DNA of 64,000 nucleotides from Octopus vulgaris (GCA_951406725.2 OX597815.1:146320001-146384000), one strand, 5' to 3'; shown: positions 41,935 to 55,748, numbered from the stretch's first letter. The notes: generated from the letters alone by a model not told the origin. Translations and numbers: made by a program.

Positions 41935-42861
41935 ACACGCAATTATAGCATTTTGATTCAGCTCCTCGTTACTTAAAGATTCGCAGTTGAGTAGGACACG
42001 TTCACCAAGGTAGATGTCTCTGAACTTAATGAACGTGTCCTCCTCCCATAAAGTTTTAATGTAGAGCTCCGTCAAATATTATTCATTACGTATATGTCCA
42101 ATCAAAAGTATTGAACGCTAATTGCTTTCCTTTTTTTAATTTTATAAATGAAAAATGTTGCAGAGTCGATTTTGTGGATCTTATCACGATCGTTGAAAGT
42201 AGGCTGAACCTTTCAAACTTTAATAGGACAACATTTCCAACCGTCTCATGAATAAAATGCTTGTAAAGGTAAATTCATTACACCTGCCTGAATAACACCG
42301 CTGAATACATCACAATGCACTGAATTAAAATCATGCTCAGTAGCACAGCCACCCAACTCAACAATGGTAACAGAATGTAAGTCTGTAGATGACGAAATTG
42401 CAATGCTCTGTGTTACTGATACTACAAGACAAGATCTGTAAAACTGTAAACATTCAAGGAATTATGACTAAATGTATTTCCCCGGAAATCCCTGGATTCC
42501 GAAGGGAAGATTAACTACAATTAGCGATCGTCACACTTGGATGAAAACCTTAAGAAGTCACTGTTTCCAGAGATGATTCAGCTGATTAAATAAATGACAC
42601 ATATTTCGGCGCATCCATGGGAAATTATTGTGGGACAGAAGCGTTAAACAGTATCACCCCATGCGATATTTATTCGAGTATAAAATGCAGAGTTTGCAAT
42701 GCAGATCATTCTTTGTCCACACGTTATGCTTACGTGTATATATATTTGTGTGATGTGTCTATTTAGATATATATTCATATACGCACATGCACTAATTATA
42801 TGTGGGTGTGAATATGTAAATATGCAGACACATGTACACATGCATAAATTGATACATATAT

Positions 42862-43415
42862 AAGAGTGTTCGGGCTAAATTTGAAGATTTGAAGTTGTAG
42901 TTGTGTAAAAGTTAGCTGGCATTGGATGATTGGAAGCCATAGGAATATTGGAAAAGAGTTATCTTTATCATGATGTTTCGCACCAGGTGTCAAAATGCCG
43001 ACTACATGATTGCTGCTCAATGCTCTGTAAACACTGTAAAGGCTGTGAGGCGTGACATAGACTGCTGCAATGTAGAGTGCAAGGCAATAGCCAGCGGGCA
43101 GGGACACAGAATGTGTTCTGACTGCGTCCTCACGCCGGAGAGTATCCAACAATTGATGAACAGGCCTTACCCCTCAATTCAGAAGGCTATGTGAAACTGT
43201 GGGAAACTGTGGTCAAGAAGATGTAAGATATTGCTAGGGATACAGGGAGGAACGCATGCGCTAGATTACGGAGCCATCATGAGGCTCTGGTGGAAGCGAA
43301 GGGTGGACACTTTCAGTAAATTATCTCTCAACCATTTTAAAATGTTTTAGCTTTGGATGAGATATTGTGTTTCATTTTCTTTCATGCAAGCTGTCAAATT
43401 TAGTCCGACCCCCCC
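42862..43415 (+). mobile_element. Internally deleted maT/mariner-like element with both TIRs
   Basis: Left gtgttcgggctaaatttga pairs with right tcaaatttagtccgacccc. N-terminal remnant (AAQCSVNTVKAVR...SDCVLTPE) is joined to C-terminal EALVEAKGGHFQ*. Confidence 0.75.
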
Positions 43416-46400
43416 ATCGCACACACTCACATGATGAATGTACATATATGCGTGTATGTATATATAGGTGTGTCTATGTGTGTATATATATACATATGCA
43501 TACATATATATAAAAATTACATATATATATATATATATATATACATATATATATACACATACATATGTATGTGTTTATGTATATCTTTATATACACACAT
43601 GAGTATGTATACATATATACTGATGTTTGTACGCATTATGCCTTTGTATATGTTTGTCTGATAATACTGTTTCCTTTCACAGCTATAATACACTAAGTTG
43701 ATCAGTAGAAATGTTTCACTATATTAAGTTGTGTAGATAAGGTTTGTACATAAAAATAGATGTATTGTAACACTTAGTATTTTGAAAGCAGTGTCAAAAT
43801 GAATAACGAAGTAAGATAAATGAATGACGTTAAGTATCAAAGTTTAAAATATTCATTCACATAAGACCAGGATAAATTCTCTCCATTGTTCTCGTATTAT
43901 TGAGGTCGTTATTTTATCTTTAAAGATATGAAGGAACAATTTATATATAAGGTTTCTTATTACAAATGTTGAGTGTTTGGAATTTGTAAAATAAATTCTT
44001 TGTATTTGATTAAAATGAGGACATTTAGGTATAGTTTTTTTTATAGTTTTAACTTTTGTCTAAGGACACAATATTTAAAGGAAATTGTATAGCTGATTAG
44101 GCTGATATCAGCTTTGAATTCAATGATTAAATTTATCAATGTTGGAATCCTGGAAAATGAAAAGGCAATGAAGATAACTGTTATTTAATTACAGAACTCC
44201 AAAATCTAAAGTACAGTAACTAAATACAATACGTCATTTCATCTTCATTTTCTAAAATCTGAACTTTTGTTCAGAAATTACTGAATGAAAACACAGAACA
44301 ATGGATCAAATAAAAGGTTAGGTTCAAAATTCCGATAAGACAAGACACCGGAAGAAACCTGTTGCTTACAAAAGCCAAAACGAAGTGAAAGCAACAATAC
44401 AGATGAGAACACCAGCCCGACCAATTTGAATTGAGTACATAGTATATTTTAGTGTAATTCTAAGATCTCGTAAAGTCCAGAGTATATTTTTCATAAATTT
44501 CATATTTCAAAGAATATTTTTTAATCTGTATGACACTCATTTCCGCCTTTCAAGTGAATATAGAGACATGATTGAGAGTCATTGTTTAATTCCTTTCTGA
44601 CAGCCCAAACCAAGGATCATGAAAGTCCTAGCTGTGGTGGAACACCTTTCTGTGGTGAGGATACGGCAATATAATTTAGACTGAAATATATCAATGTGGC
44701 CTGGGGAACACATACGCCATTAAAACCGGGAAACCGGACCTATGAGCCCGGTTAGGCTTTAAAAGGGCGCAAAAAAATCGATGTGGAGATTTTGAAGCCG
44801 TTTCACAAAACTAGTTTAAACTGCTGCTGATTTGTGACGTGAAATTTTATCCGACCTGATTAATTTTTCTAAGTATTTGGTGTGAAATATATTAGAAATC
44901 TGATACATCCACACAAAAATAATTACGTAACTGGGTAACGTGTATTATAATACTTAATTGTTTGATTATTTCATTAACTAGGTGTGTGAGAATAATAGGA
45001 ATTTAATTAGTACTGTTGAAGATGACTGAAAAAATCAAAATATAATACACGCAAAGGAAAATTTTAAGGTTTTGAATTTAAAGATAAGAATTGTACGGAA
45101 TTGTAACGGAACATCTTTGTAAGTTTCCTTTGTACAATGAAGTTTATATAAAAGAGAACTGTACATTTTCTGGATATGAAATATATCCCTTTATCACTAG
45201 TTTTGAGGGTGTGGTAATATAGGTGCAATAAAAGTATGATGCTAAATGAATTAAACACCTATTTAATCTATAAATCTCAGCAGTTATTGGAAAAAGCCGG
45301 TATTATATTTGAAGGAGCTGTTAAATCTGTTAAGATGTAACTTGTATGAAGAATTCATCAAGAAATTAAAAGCATCATGTAAAACGCATCAGTCGAGTTA
45401 TGTTACTGAAAATTATTCCAAAAGAAGGAACCGCATTCACTGCGGAAACCACCATAAAATATTCATGCTGTTCGAACTAGAATTTGAACAAGAAATAGAA
45501 AATAAAAGGATTATGTTAGCTGATTGTAAGGCGGATTGTAAGATATCTTGCAATATATTAAAATGCACCTCATATATTTTTATAAAAGCAATAAGCTGTT
45601 TGCACTGTAAATATATAAGTCAACGGATGTAATTGGTTTAGCACAACTATTTGTTTTTATAAATTTTGTTCCTAAAAGAATTATAGATTAAATCTTTCGC
45701 TGAAAATAATGTTCTATAAAGATTGCACGTTAAACTATATTTGAAATTGTTATTAGTTTAATGAAGAAAATCAGTGCACTATGGATAATCTGCAGAAATG
45801 GAACATTCTGAATTGCTGTCATCAAAAAGCTTTATCGCTTTGGTAAAAAGAGAAAGAATGAAATTGTTGTATATCTAATTACTTTATTTATCGTGAAGTA
45901 CTAATCCTCGAACCAACTAAAAGTGAATTAAAAGTCGTTATGGAAAATATTGTTCGAATGGGCAGTTATAATAAATGTAGACATTAAATCAAAGTAACTT
46001 GCATATTTGTAAATCGATGCGACTAAGTTTTCCTCTATATTTTAATATGTAACATCTTTTAAATAAGTGTTCGATCAGTTGAAGTAACAGAAAATGTGCA
46101 GATTTTAAAGCTTAGAGTGTTTCTTTGCATGTGAGGTCCATAAACCTGTAGAGGTGACGCACAGAAGAGGTAACGCATGGAAGAGGCAACGAGAACTGAA
46201 CAACATGTTAAGGAGGGGAGGGGAATACTAGTTCATTGAATTTACAATTGGGAGAGTGATAGGGTCCGTCTATGCAACTTAGGTAGAATAAATACAGCAA
46301 AATAATTTTCTTCAAAAGAATCAGTTTAATTTCCGATATTTAGTTTCCCATTGCCGATCATCTCTTTGTCGCACACACACACTTATGTATATATATACTT

Positions 46401-46570
46401 ATATGAGCGCAGGAGTGATGGTCTGGTAGGACGCTTGCTTCTCAATCGCATGGTTCCGGGTTCAGTCCCACTGCATCGTGGGCAAGTGTCTTCTACTATA
46501 GACTAGGGCCGACCAAAGCCTTGTGAGTGGATTTGGTACACGGAAACTGAAAGAAGCCCGACGTATATAC

Positions 46571-46606
<36 letters not shown>

Positions 46607-46610
<4 letters not shown>

Positions 46611-47077
46611 ATAAATATCTGAGCGAGGTATAAACAGTAACTGCTCTATAATATAAGCGGAATCAGCCATCTGAATGTGGCTAGGGACAGGGCGGGGTGG
46701 TGGGGGGTGTTACTGATGCATTTAGCCCCAGGCGACTATCGACGTCACCAGAAGAGCCGACACCATCACGGTGTCCTTGCTAGCCTGCAAAGGGAGATCA
46801 GCCTCACAGAAGATACGGATGCTACACACGGACCGGTTTCGAGGTATTTGCCTCTTGTCAGCGCATGGCAAGCACCGTTCTTCGCTGAGGGACTTCCTGT
46901 ACAGGCTAGATATATATAGATTTTCACAGTAACCACAGTCACTGGCGTAGAAAATCCGTTCGATAACAATAATAAATCTCTGAGCGAGGTATAAACAGTA
47001 ACTACTCTATAATATAAGCGGGATCAGCCATCTGAATGTAGCTAGGGACAGGGCGGGGTGGTGGGGCTGATCCCGCT

Positions 47078-47086
<9 letters not shown>
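46607..47086 (-). mobile_element. Retrozyme/Penelope pseudo-LTR element: 361-bp unit, about 1.3 tandem copies plus a 21-bp inverted end
   Basis: 46607-46705 repeats at 46968-47066. 47066-47086 is the reverse complement of 47008-47028. (TA)n on both sides. Confidence 0.8.
46825..46867 (-). ncRNA. Minimal type I hammerhead ribozyme with a G8>A core variant
   Basis: Minus strand: catgcg CTGACAA gagg caaata cctc GAAAC CG GTC cgtgtg. Stem I 6 bp including GU pairs, stem II gagg/cctc, palindromic accggt stem III. Confidence 0.75.
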
Positions 47087-47145
<59 letters not shown>

Positions 47146-47482
47146 GTTTGTGTCTGTGTTAGTCGCCCCCCAACACCGCTTGACAGCCGATGCTAGAGTG
47201 TTAACGTCCCCGTAACTTAGCGGTTCGGCAAAAGTAACCGATAGAATAAATATTAGGCTTACAAAGAATAAGTCATGGGGTCGATTCGCTCGACTAAAGG
47301 CATTGCTTCAGCATGGCCGCTGCCAAATGACTGAAAGAAGTAAAAGAGTAAAAGAGAGTAAGAGTATATATAATATACTAATGTATATATATTATATTAA
47401 TGTATATATATATATATAGGTAATATCATATTAATGTATATATATATATTTATATATATATATATTACATTATATGAATGTA

Positions 47483-47700
47483 TACTCTTTTACTCTTTTA
47501 CTCTTTTACTTGTTTCAGTCATTTGACTGCGGCCATGCTGGAGCACCGCCTTTAGTCGAGCAATCTCAACCCCGGGACTTATTCTTTGTAAGCCCAGTAC
47601 TTATTCTATCGGTCTCTTTTTGCCGAACCGCTAAGTGACGGGGACGTAAACACACCAGCATCGGTTGTCAAGCAATGCTAGGGGACAAACACAGACACAC
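47483..47700 (-). mobile_element. Family B SINE 3' half, inverted relative to 47146-47365
   Basis: Reverse complement of the preceding SINE half. Confidence 0.85.
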
Positions 47701-47721
47701 AATCACATACACGCACATATA

Positions 47722-47767
<46 letters not shown>

Positions 47768-48892
47768 AATTATATTAGTATTATATATATATACATATAT
47801 ATTGTACAGTATTGAATATCTATCTTTCTGTCTATATAACTCGTGAGCTCGAAGTTCTTCGAAACCGAGACCCGTCTTTCTCAAGCAACGACTGTCTTAG
47901 CTAAAGCAACATGTATAAGCATCATCTTGCAGAAAGCTGTTCTGCTTTAAAGCATGGTGCGGAGCTTATTTGCCTGCATTTGGGAGCATGTGTTTGTGTA
48001 TTTATGTGTAAGTGCATTAGCCTTCTAGAACCATTATAACGAGAAGAGAGATTAGATCAGTTTACATTCAAAAACTCATTTACATTTTATAAAAGACTCG
48101 GTAACGCTCTCCTAATGTAGATGTCAAATATTATTTAAGAATAAAAATAAAGACGCAAAAATTTTACAACAAAAATATGCCGTACTCTTTTCTATATTAA
48201 AATTGATTGAAGTAATGTTTTTATCAAACAGAAAATGTGTCCTAGACAAACAAACGGCTGTGAAAAGCATGGAGAAAATATTAATATAATCTTAAGCCAT
48301 GCAATGTAATCAATTTAATCAATTTAATGTACACTTCGAAGGGCATTTCAATCTTATTTGAAAGTATTTGATCAACCAGTATTTCTATGATAAAGAACAT
48401 TCTGATGAGATTCTTTGAAAGACAACACAACTTTACAAGTCCTGATAATTGCAAGGATGATAAGGCTAAATAATAACTTACACACACACGTATACATACA
48501 TACATAGATATATACATACATAGATACATACATGCATACATACATACATACATACATACATACATACATACACACATGTACATATATAATATATATATAT
48601 ATTATGAATGTACATATATACTGCATGCATACAAAACACAGTTATGATACACATAGCCAGATACGTACGTACATACATACACATATAAGGAATACATAAT
48701 AGAAATAAGCACACTTACATGCGTAATACAACATAGTTACATAGATGTATAGCTAACACAAACAACAAAAAAACAAACATTCATATGCACAATACATATA
48801 TCTTGGATTATGTAAATAAATATATAAAGATGTGAATATACTCAAGTGCCTAAGTCTATCTAGTTATGTATCTATATACATACATACATACA

Positions 48893-48928
<36 letters not shown>

Positions 48929-49049
48929 TATATACATACATACATATATATGTAAACCCATATCTGTATATATGTGTGTGTGTAATCATATCCGTATATA
49001 TACACATTATATATATGTCACTGTACCTAATATACATACATATACCTTG

Positions 49050-49420
49050 TATCTTTTACTTGTTTCAATCATCGACCCCATTACTTATTTTCTATTAGTG
49101 TGGTACATATTCTATCGAACCTTTTGCTGAGAAGCTTAGTTACGAGGATGTAGACACACCAACTTTGGTTATCGAGCGCTGATGAGGGACAAACACCACA
49201 CACACACACACATACACACACACGCACACACACACACACACACAGACAAACATTACTATACGAAAGGTTTCATTCAATTTCCGTTTACCAAATCCACTCA
49301 CAGGTCTTTTGGTTAGCCGGAGGTTATAGTAAAAGACACTTGCCCAAGGTTCCACAAAGTGGGACTGAACACGGAACCACAGGGTTGAGAAGCAAACTTT
49401 TTATACACCCACGCCTGTGG
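49050..49420 (-). mobile_element. Family B CORE-SINE
   Basis: ccaaatccactcacagg...gacacttgcccaagg...gtgggactgaac.cggaacc. Confidence 0.8.
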
Positions 49421-50432
49421 TTTATACATACATTATATATATCTGCATACATATAATACATACATAATAAATTGTGTGTGTGTATGTATGTCTATGTGTA
49501 TAATCCATCGATGAAATTCTCCTTGGAAACGTTTAGCGAACTTGAGGGTTTAGTATGATGCCTTATCCCTTGTAGAAGAAATTCCGGAACCCTAGAGACG
49601 CAAACCTACCATCTGTATTCCATAATTATTTCTACGCCTATATGCTGCCATAGATTTTTAATTTTTCATCTCAAAATGATTATAACGATGTTTTTTTGTT
49701 GTTTATTTCAACGTTGTTATTGATATGGTGTTTTTAATCCACGATCAGTCTTGATTAGCATATCTCTGATCTAAAGCGTTCCTATCGTTAATCATCTCAT
49801 GTTTTATTCAACGATTAGATCTTCATTATCCAATGAAGGATACTGTTTAATGAAAGCAATGTCCTTTCTTTTTAATAACAACAGATTTTGATGTGGCAAG
49901 GATTTAACTATTATTTCTAGAATTGGATGCGTCGACTCATCGTATCCATTTTCGGTTCATTGCTTTTGTTGGTGTTGTTTCGGCTGCGTAGACAACGGGA
50001 CGCTGCTTGAGCAAGCAACCGTGACCAGCCTATATTATGTCGAACACAATGTTTCCTTTGTCCCATTATCCGATGAGCTCGTATACATAATATTAGACTG
50101 TGATTTGATAGATAGTTAACTGCTACTTCTAACAGGCCACGTTCTAAGCTTTGAGTTTTGAATATATCTCTTAGTTTTAAATATTCCCGTTGATATATTT
50201 GTCTAACACCTTGCAATTAAGAAATCATAAGCATACTGTATTTGATAGCATGTAAGATGCACTTCTTCCTCAAATATCGCTCCTTCATCACTAGGTCCTT
50301 TAAGTGAATCTGAGCATATATCACATGCTTCAATGCACCTAGAACCCTGTTTTCGTGAATATGTGCAGCTGAAATCGTTGTACATATCATAAACCCTTGC
50401 GCCTCTTATGTCATCAAATACGATATATATAC

Positions 50433-50487
<55 letters not shown>

Positions 50488-50491
50488 TGTA

Positions 50492-50527
<36 letters not shown>

Positions 50528-50679
50528 TGTATGTATGTATGTATGTATGTATGTATGTGTGTATGTATGTATGTATACATATATTCCACCACACCCAAAC
50601 ATACACACAGATACCAACCATTTTTCACACTCATCTTTTCCAGAAAGCAATTTCAAAATTGTAACTTAACGTGTTGGTG

Positions 50680-50862
50680 ATTTTTTCCTTCTTCTTCCTT
50701 TTCATTGAGACTTTCCTATGTCTCCTGTTTCCGAAAAAGAGCTATGCGCAAAACCTAAAACAACTCTTTCCTTCTCTGAGCGTCTCATTAAAACTTTGCA
50801 TGCACTATGTCCTCGCGCTGTTATTTATCCTTGTTGTATTTTTTCTACGTTGTTTTTAAATT
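50680..50862 (+). mobile_element. Highly decayed H1-family element
   Basis: gtttccgaaaaagagctatgcgcaaaacctaaaac...ttccttctctgagcgtc...gtcctcgcgctgtt aligns with the reverse of 39455-39660. Confidence 0.55.
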
Positions 50863-50974
50863 ATCTATCTATTTATCTATCTATCATTATAAATTTAAAT
50901 GTGGTTAGATCGTAGATGATCTTCTTCTAGCATATTGGATTTCCACTTAGTGGTCATCCCGCTTTATACGTATG

Positions 50975-51068
<94 letters not shown>

Positions 51069-51974
51069 ATATTATACACGAAATATCCGATTCACACACA
51101 TATGTGTGTGTGCATGTACGTCTCATTCTTTCGATTTGTGATTGTAAAATATGTAACTTAAAGAGCTATGGATTTGAAAGCCGGGTAGATACCTTATTAA
51201 CTCTCTGTTCTTATCCTCATCTGCCTAACCACAACAAATGATAGGGAGCATGCATAATTTTAAAGACGGTACTTCGCTCGACAGATACATTCTGGGTTTC
51301 TTTCATTGGATTTCATATAGCATACAGAATGTATTATTAATACATACCCCATAAAGAAGAATGGAGAATAATACTGTAAAAATAAATGTTAAAGATGTAT
51401 AACACCCCACTCCCAAAAGCTACACTGCAGTTTCCATTTATCAAACTTCAAGCAACGAACATTGCTTAATCTGAAATGGCTTTGAAAAATGCCTGAATCA
51501 TACAAATGTTAGCATACCAGGCTTGAAACTGAAACCCGAAATCATATAGTATTCAAAATGAATTTTAGTACAGTGTAATGGGAATGAATTACTTCATCTC
51601 TCCTTTGCGTGCTTTGTCTGAAAGATTATTTCAAATAGCTATAACCGTTATAGGAAACTATCGGCTGTTGTCACTGACTAACCTTAAAGACCTCATAATA
51701 AAATGTATCTCTGCCTTTAAGCCAGAGCCAATAAATTTTTAACTCGAAAACAATATCCTTCCTCTGACTTGGGAAAACAATTAACAACTGAACCGTTCTC
51801 TCGTACGCCGTTATATTGATGATTCAATAAAAAAGATAAACAAATGCATGAGGGCAGACTTCAAAATATATCTTAACATGGTGACATCTTGCAGTTGCAG
51901 CAAGAACAATATCATCAACGATAATTATATTTTTAATGACGGCGGTGACAATATAAATAATGATTATAATTCTT

Positions 51975-52185
51975 TTAAGTTTTAGCACAAGGCAAGCAGT
52001 TTAATGCGGAGAGGGTTCGTCTTTATCATCGACCCAGTACTTGACTGGTACTTTATTTTATCGATCTGGAAATGATGAAAGGGAATGCTGACCTCTTCGG
52101 ATTTGAATTCAGAAAGTAAACAGCCACAAGAAATGCCGTTAAGCATGTTCTCCGACGCGCTAACGATTCTCCTAACTCGCCGTCA
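51975..52185 (-). mobile_element. Family A SINE in an (AAT)n context
   Basis: gcacaaggc...atcgacccagtacttgactggtactt...ctaacgattctcctaactcgccg. Confidence 0.8.
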
Positions 52186-53489
52186 TAATGATAATAATAA
52201 GAAAATAAGAGAAGGGAAAGCAATAACTGGAAAAAGAATAAGAGAAATATAGGAGGACTGACGGGCCAAAAAGAAGATAAAGAAGGAAAGAAAGAAGGAA
52301 ATGGAAAGAAGAAATAGGAACAAAGACAATGTAGTAGTAGTTGTAAGTGAAAAATATGAATGAGAAGATTATGAAGAAGAATATGTACAGTGAATATTCT
52401 CTTTGTTATTCATAACATTCTAGTGAAATCCGATGGAGCATGTTTTAATAAAACAAGAGATGTTATAATAAAACTGAGTTTATTGAGCATTGATTCGTGC
52501 TTCGTTTGTTCAATGAACGACAGACTTTCTGATTAATGAAAATTAATTATTAAAATTTAAATAAAAGCCAAAGCAAAAAAATGAAGAAAAAATAAAATAA
52601 AAACGAAATTATTAATTTAAGAAAACAATCTCCTTTTAGTCGTTGCATATGAAATTGTTTAATGAGAATCGAATACTAAAAAAAAAAGATATAAATAGAA
52701 GGAAAGAGGAGTCAATTCATTAAACAAAGGTTTAATTGGACTGCTTTGATCTGAAAACTATAATGAAATTCAACATGGTTTATTTTAAAGAGAAAATAAA
52801 TAAATTTCGTGTTCTAAAAGAATGTAAATATAATTTCTGAAACAAAAACGAAGTAAAGGAAAAGAATGTCAATATCTTAAGTGAAGTGTGAGAAGTGTCT
52901 CAACATGGCTTTTACATTAGGGATGAGTAGGTATATACACACGCATATATACAACAGTACAATGATGTTAATACGATGTTAATGGTTTCATGCGAATATT
53001 CACGTAATCATTCAGTAGTAGATCACTAGAGGCAAATAAGCCATAACGTGAGGTGTGGGGGAAAACATGATTCTACGTGATCACAAATGAAACAAAGGGG
53101 CATGGAACTAGTTAAGTGATTAAAAGGAAGCAAACATATAGTGACTGTAATGTCGATTGCACCCCTTGTATTTTTACACCGGTGACATTAGTTACTATCT
53201 AATATACGAAGAAGGAATTTTTCTCATACAAGATATAAAGTATTAAACAGTTATACGATTCCTTATTGGTATATTATTTGAGTATGGATGCAGAAATCCA
53301 CTCACATACCTAAACTCGTTTGTATACGCATGCGAATATATATATTTTAACAGGTGATTTGCAATGTACATATTACGTTTTTGCACACGTTTGCGCCATT
53401 ATATTGCATATGACTGCATTTGCCTTGAATGTGAAGAAGTGTATATATATAGCTATCTCTCTATACACACATCTATCTATCTATCTATA

Positions 53490-53572
<83 letters not shown>

Positions 53573-54624
53573 TTATCTATCTAGCTATCTAGCTATCTAT
53601 CTAGCTATCTATCGATCTCTAATTTATACATACATAGATACATACATACATCCACACATACATACAAAGAGTGTACAGTGTGAACAACAGCAGAAATGTT
53701 GGTTATTAGTGATTTGCTTACTGAAATCAGGTGGACATAACTAACGGAATTTGATTTTCTGGTCATCAGAATGATGTACCATCAGTCTGGGAGTAGTTGA
53801 TTTTTGTCAATAAGTGTGGATTTGATTGCATACTATATCATTCAATTGCAGTACGAGCAATGGTTTCATTATTAGTCGTTTAATTTCTGGCTAACCACCT
53901 ACTAACAGAAGGGTGCAACCTCAATGCACTCAATCACATATAGTACAAGAAGACTCAAAATAAACACATTAATAAACTCATCTATATTATTGAAAAATCC
54001 TCCAAAATAGATTATTAATCGCGAATCCATTACTTATAACATAATACGTTAATATTAAACACACATACCAAATATACTAATATCGACTAATTGCTGATTA
54101 ATGAGGTATTAATAAAATAGCTAACATTTTAAAGTCCTGTGTTGTTGTAAACAGATAAGCCATGTACAAATTGCAAAATTGCTAGGGTAGCAACAAATAC
54201 CACGATATGTATAAAGCAAAACTTTGAAGATTTAGAGTCATAAGGTATTTTGGTGCTTCGAATAAGAAGAAACTTCGAATCTAAGAGAAATTTGAATAGA
54301 ACGGAAAATATTTCTCTCAATTCTCTCATCAATTGACTCAGTGCCACATTTAGGGAGAGGGAGCTGATCTAGCATCTTACTGGTACTGGTATTCATCACA
54401 GCTGAGTATACTGGAGCATCGTCGAATGAAGTGACCTGCTCAAAGATAGAACGCACCACACCATCAGGGATTGTATACATGGTATTACAATCAACAAATG
54501 ACTTCTCCTAACCAGTAGACCAAGTGTGTTCTCCATGTGTGCGTGCGCACAAACATTTATGAAATATGTGTAGAAGGGCATGTGTACGTGAGTGAGTGCA
54601 TATGTACGCATATATATATATATA

Positions 54625-55347
54625 TAGCTAGGTTCTATAACCACAAAAATTAGGGATAAAATTCGACAGGAGCAAAATGAAAATATTAAAGACATTATAC
54701 CATCCAGTTTCCAGTGGACCAATTGGTTTCTGACTTTAGTTTAGCAAATAAATAATATTATTCGCTAGGTGAAATCGTCTTCAACAGGTACACCTTAGAT
54801 TAAATATATAAAACACAATGCATTCAACTATGTGACTCTTGTTTATACATCGTAATGTTTTCAAAATCTACAGCGTAGGCGCAGCCCCTCGTCGGCAATA
54901 AGAAAATGCCAACTTTTAAAGTCCTAAAATTATTCAAAAACTTACAATACTTAATCATATAAATCATATAAACAAGAGGCACATAGTTGAACGCTATATA
55001 TATTCAATCTAAGGCGTACCTGTTGAAAAATATTTCACCTAGCAAATAATATTATTTATTTGCTAAACTAAAATCAGAAACCAGTTGGTCCAGGAAACTT
55101 GATGGTAAAATGTTTTTATTTTTTCATTTCGTTCCTGTTGAATTTTATCCCTAATTTTTGTGGTTATAGAACCTAGCTGTTCTTCTAGCGTGTTGAATCC
55201 CACGAGTGGATTCCTTATGTATTTAAATGCACACTGTATTTTATGAGTAATACATAGTCTTCGGACGAAATTTTTACACGCAAGGCCACTGGAAGTGAAA
55301 ATTTCTATTAATTTATATTAATTTCCATTTCCCTTCGATATGATTAA
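54625..55347 (+). mobile_element. Penelope-like pseudo-LTR element with an ~185-bp inverted duplication and degenerate HHRs
   Basis: 54627-54810 is the reverse complement of about 54996-55178. Motif cctg ttgaa(g/a)a...stem...GAAAC ca(g/a)ttg GTC cagg at about 55019-55095. Flanked by (TA)n and related to 59795-60153. Confidence 0.7.
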
Positions 55348-55396
<49 letters not shown>

Positions 55397-55461
55397 GGTC
55401 CCGGGTTGATTCGGGGTTAACCACAGTAAATAAGGTACTCAATACATAGCAGAGTAAAATT

Positions 55462-55595
55462 AATTTATTATATAGAAGGAGCTTCTACAGGACTAGAACT
55501 GTTTCATTCAAGAGAAATCTTCAGAAAGCTTCAGGAGCTTCCTGAAGATTTCTCTTGAATGAAACAGTTCTAGTCCTGTAGAAACTCCTTCTATA

Positions 55596-55604
<9 letters not shown>
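55462..55604. ncRNA. Near-perfect palindrome encoding two divergent hammerhead ribozymes
   Basis: Arms of about 69 bp around a 5-nt spacer. Plus strand 55534-55588: ggagcttc CTGAAGA tttctcttgaat GAAAC agttctagtcct GTA gaaactcc. Minus strand 55478-55530 carries the same motif with stem I agcttt/gaagct. Confidence 0.75.
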
Positions 55605-55657
<53 letters not shown>

Positions 55658-55669
55658 ATTATATATATC

Positions 55670-55721
<52 letters not shown>

Positions 55722-55748
55722 TTAGGGTTAGGGTTAGGGTTAGGGTTA

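Larger units (their letters stand above)
46405..47365 (+). mobile_element. Full family B CORE-SINE split by an HHR element in its internal (TA)n
   Basis: 5' half at 46405-46562, 3' half at 47146-47365 ending in (gtaaaaga)n. Confidence 0.85.

Noticed and set aside
49917-50420. Two overlapping minus-strand ORFs, vaguely transposase-like
   Set aside because: No diagnostic motif or TIR identified.
54238-54480. Protein-like ORF MYTIPDGVVRSIFEQ...
   Set aside because: The nucleotide sequence aligns with the CORE block of SINE family E, so it is a decayed SINE.
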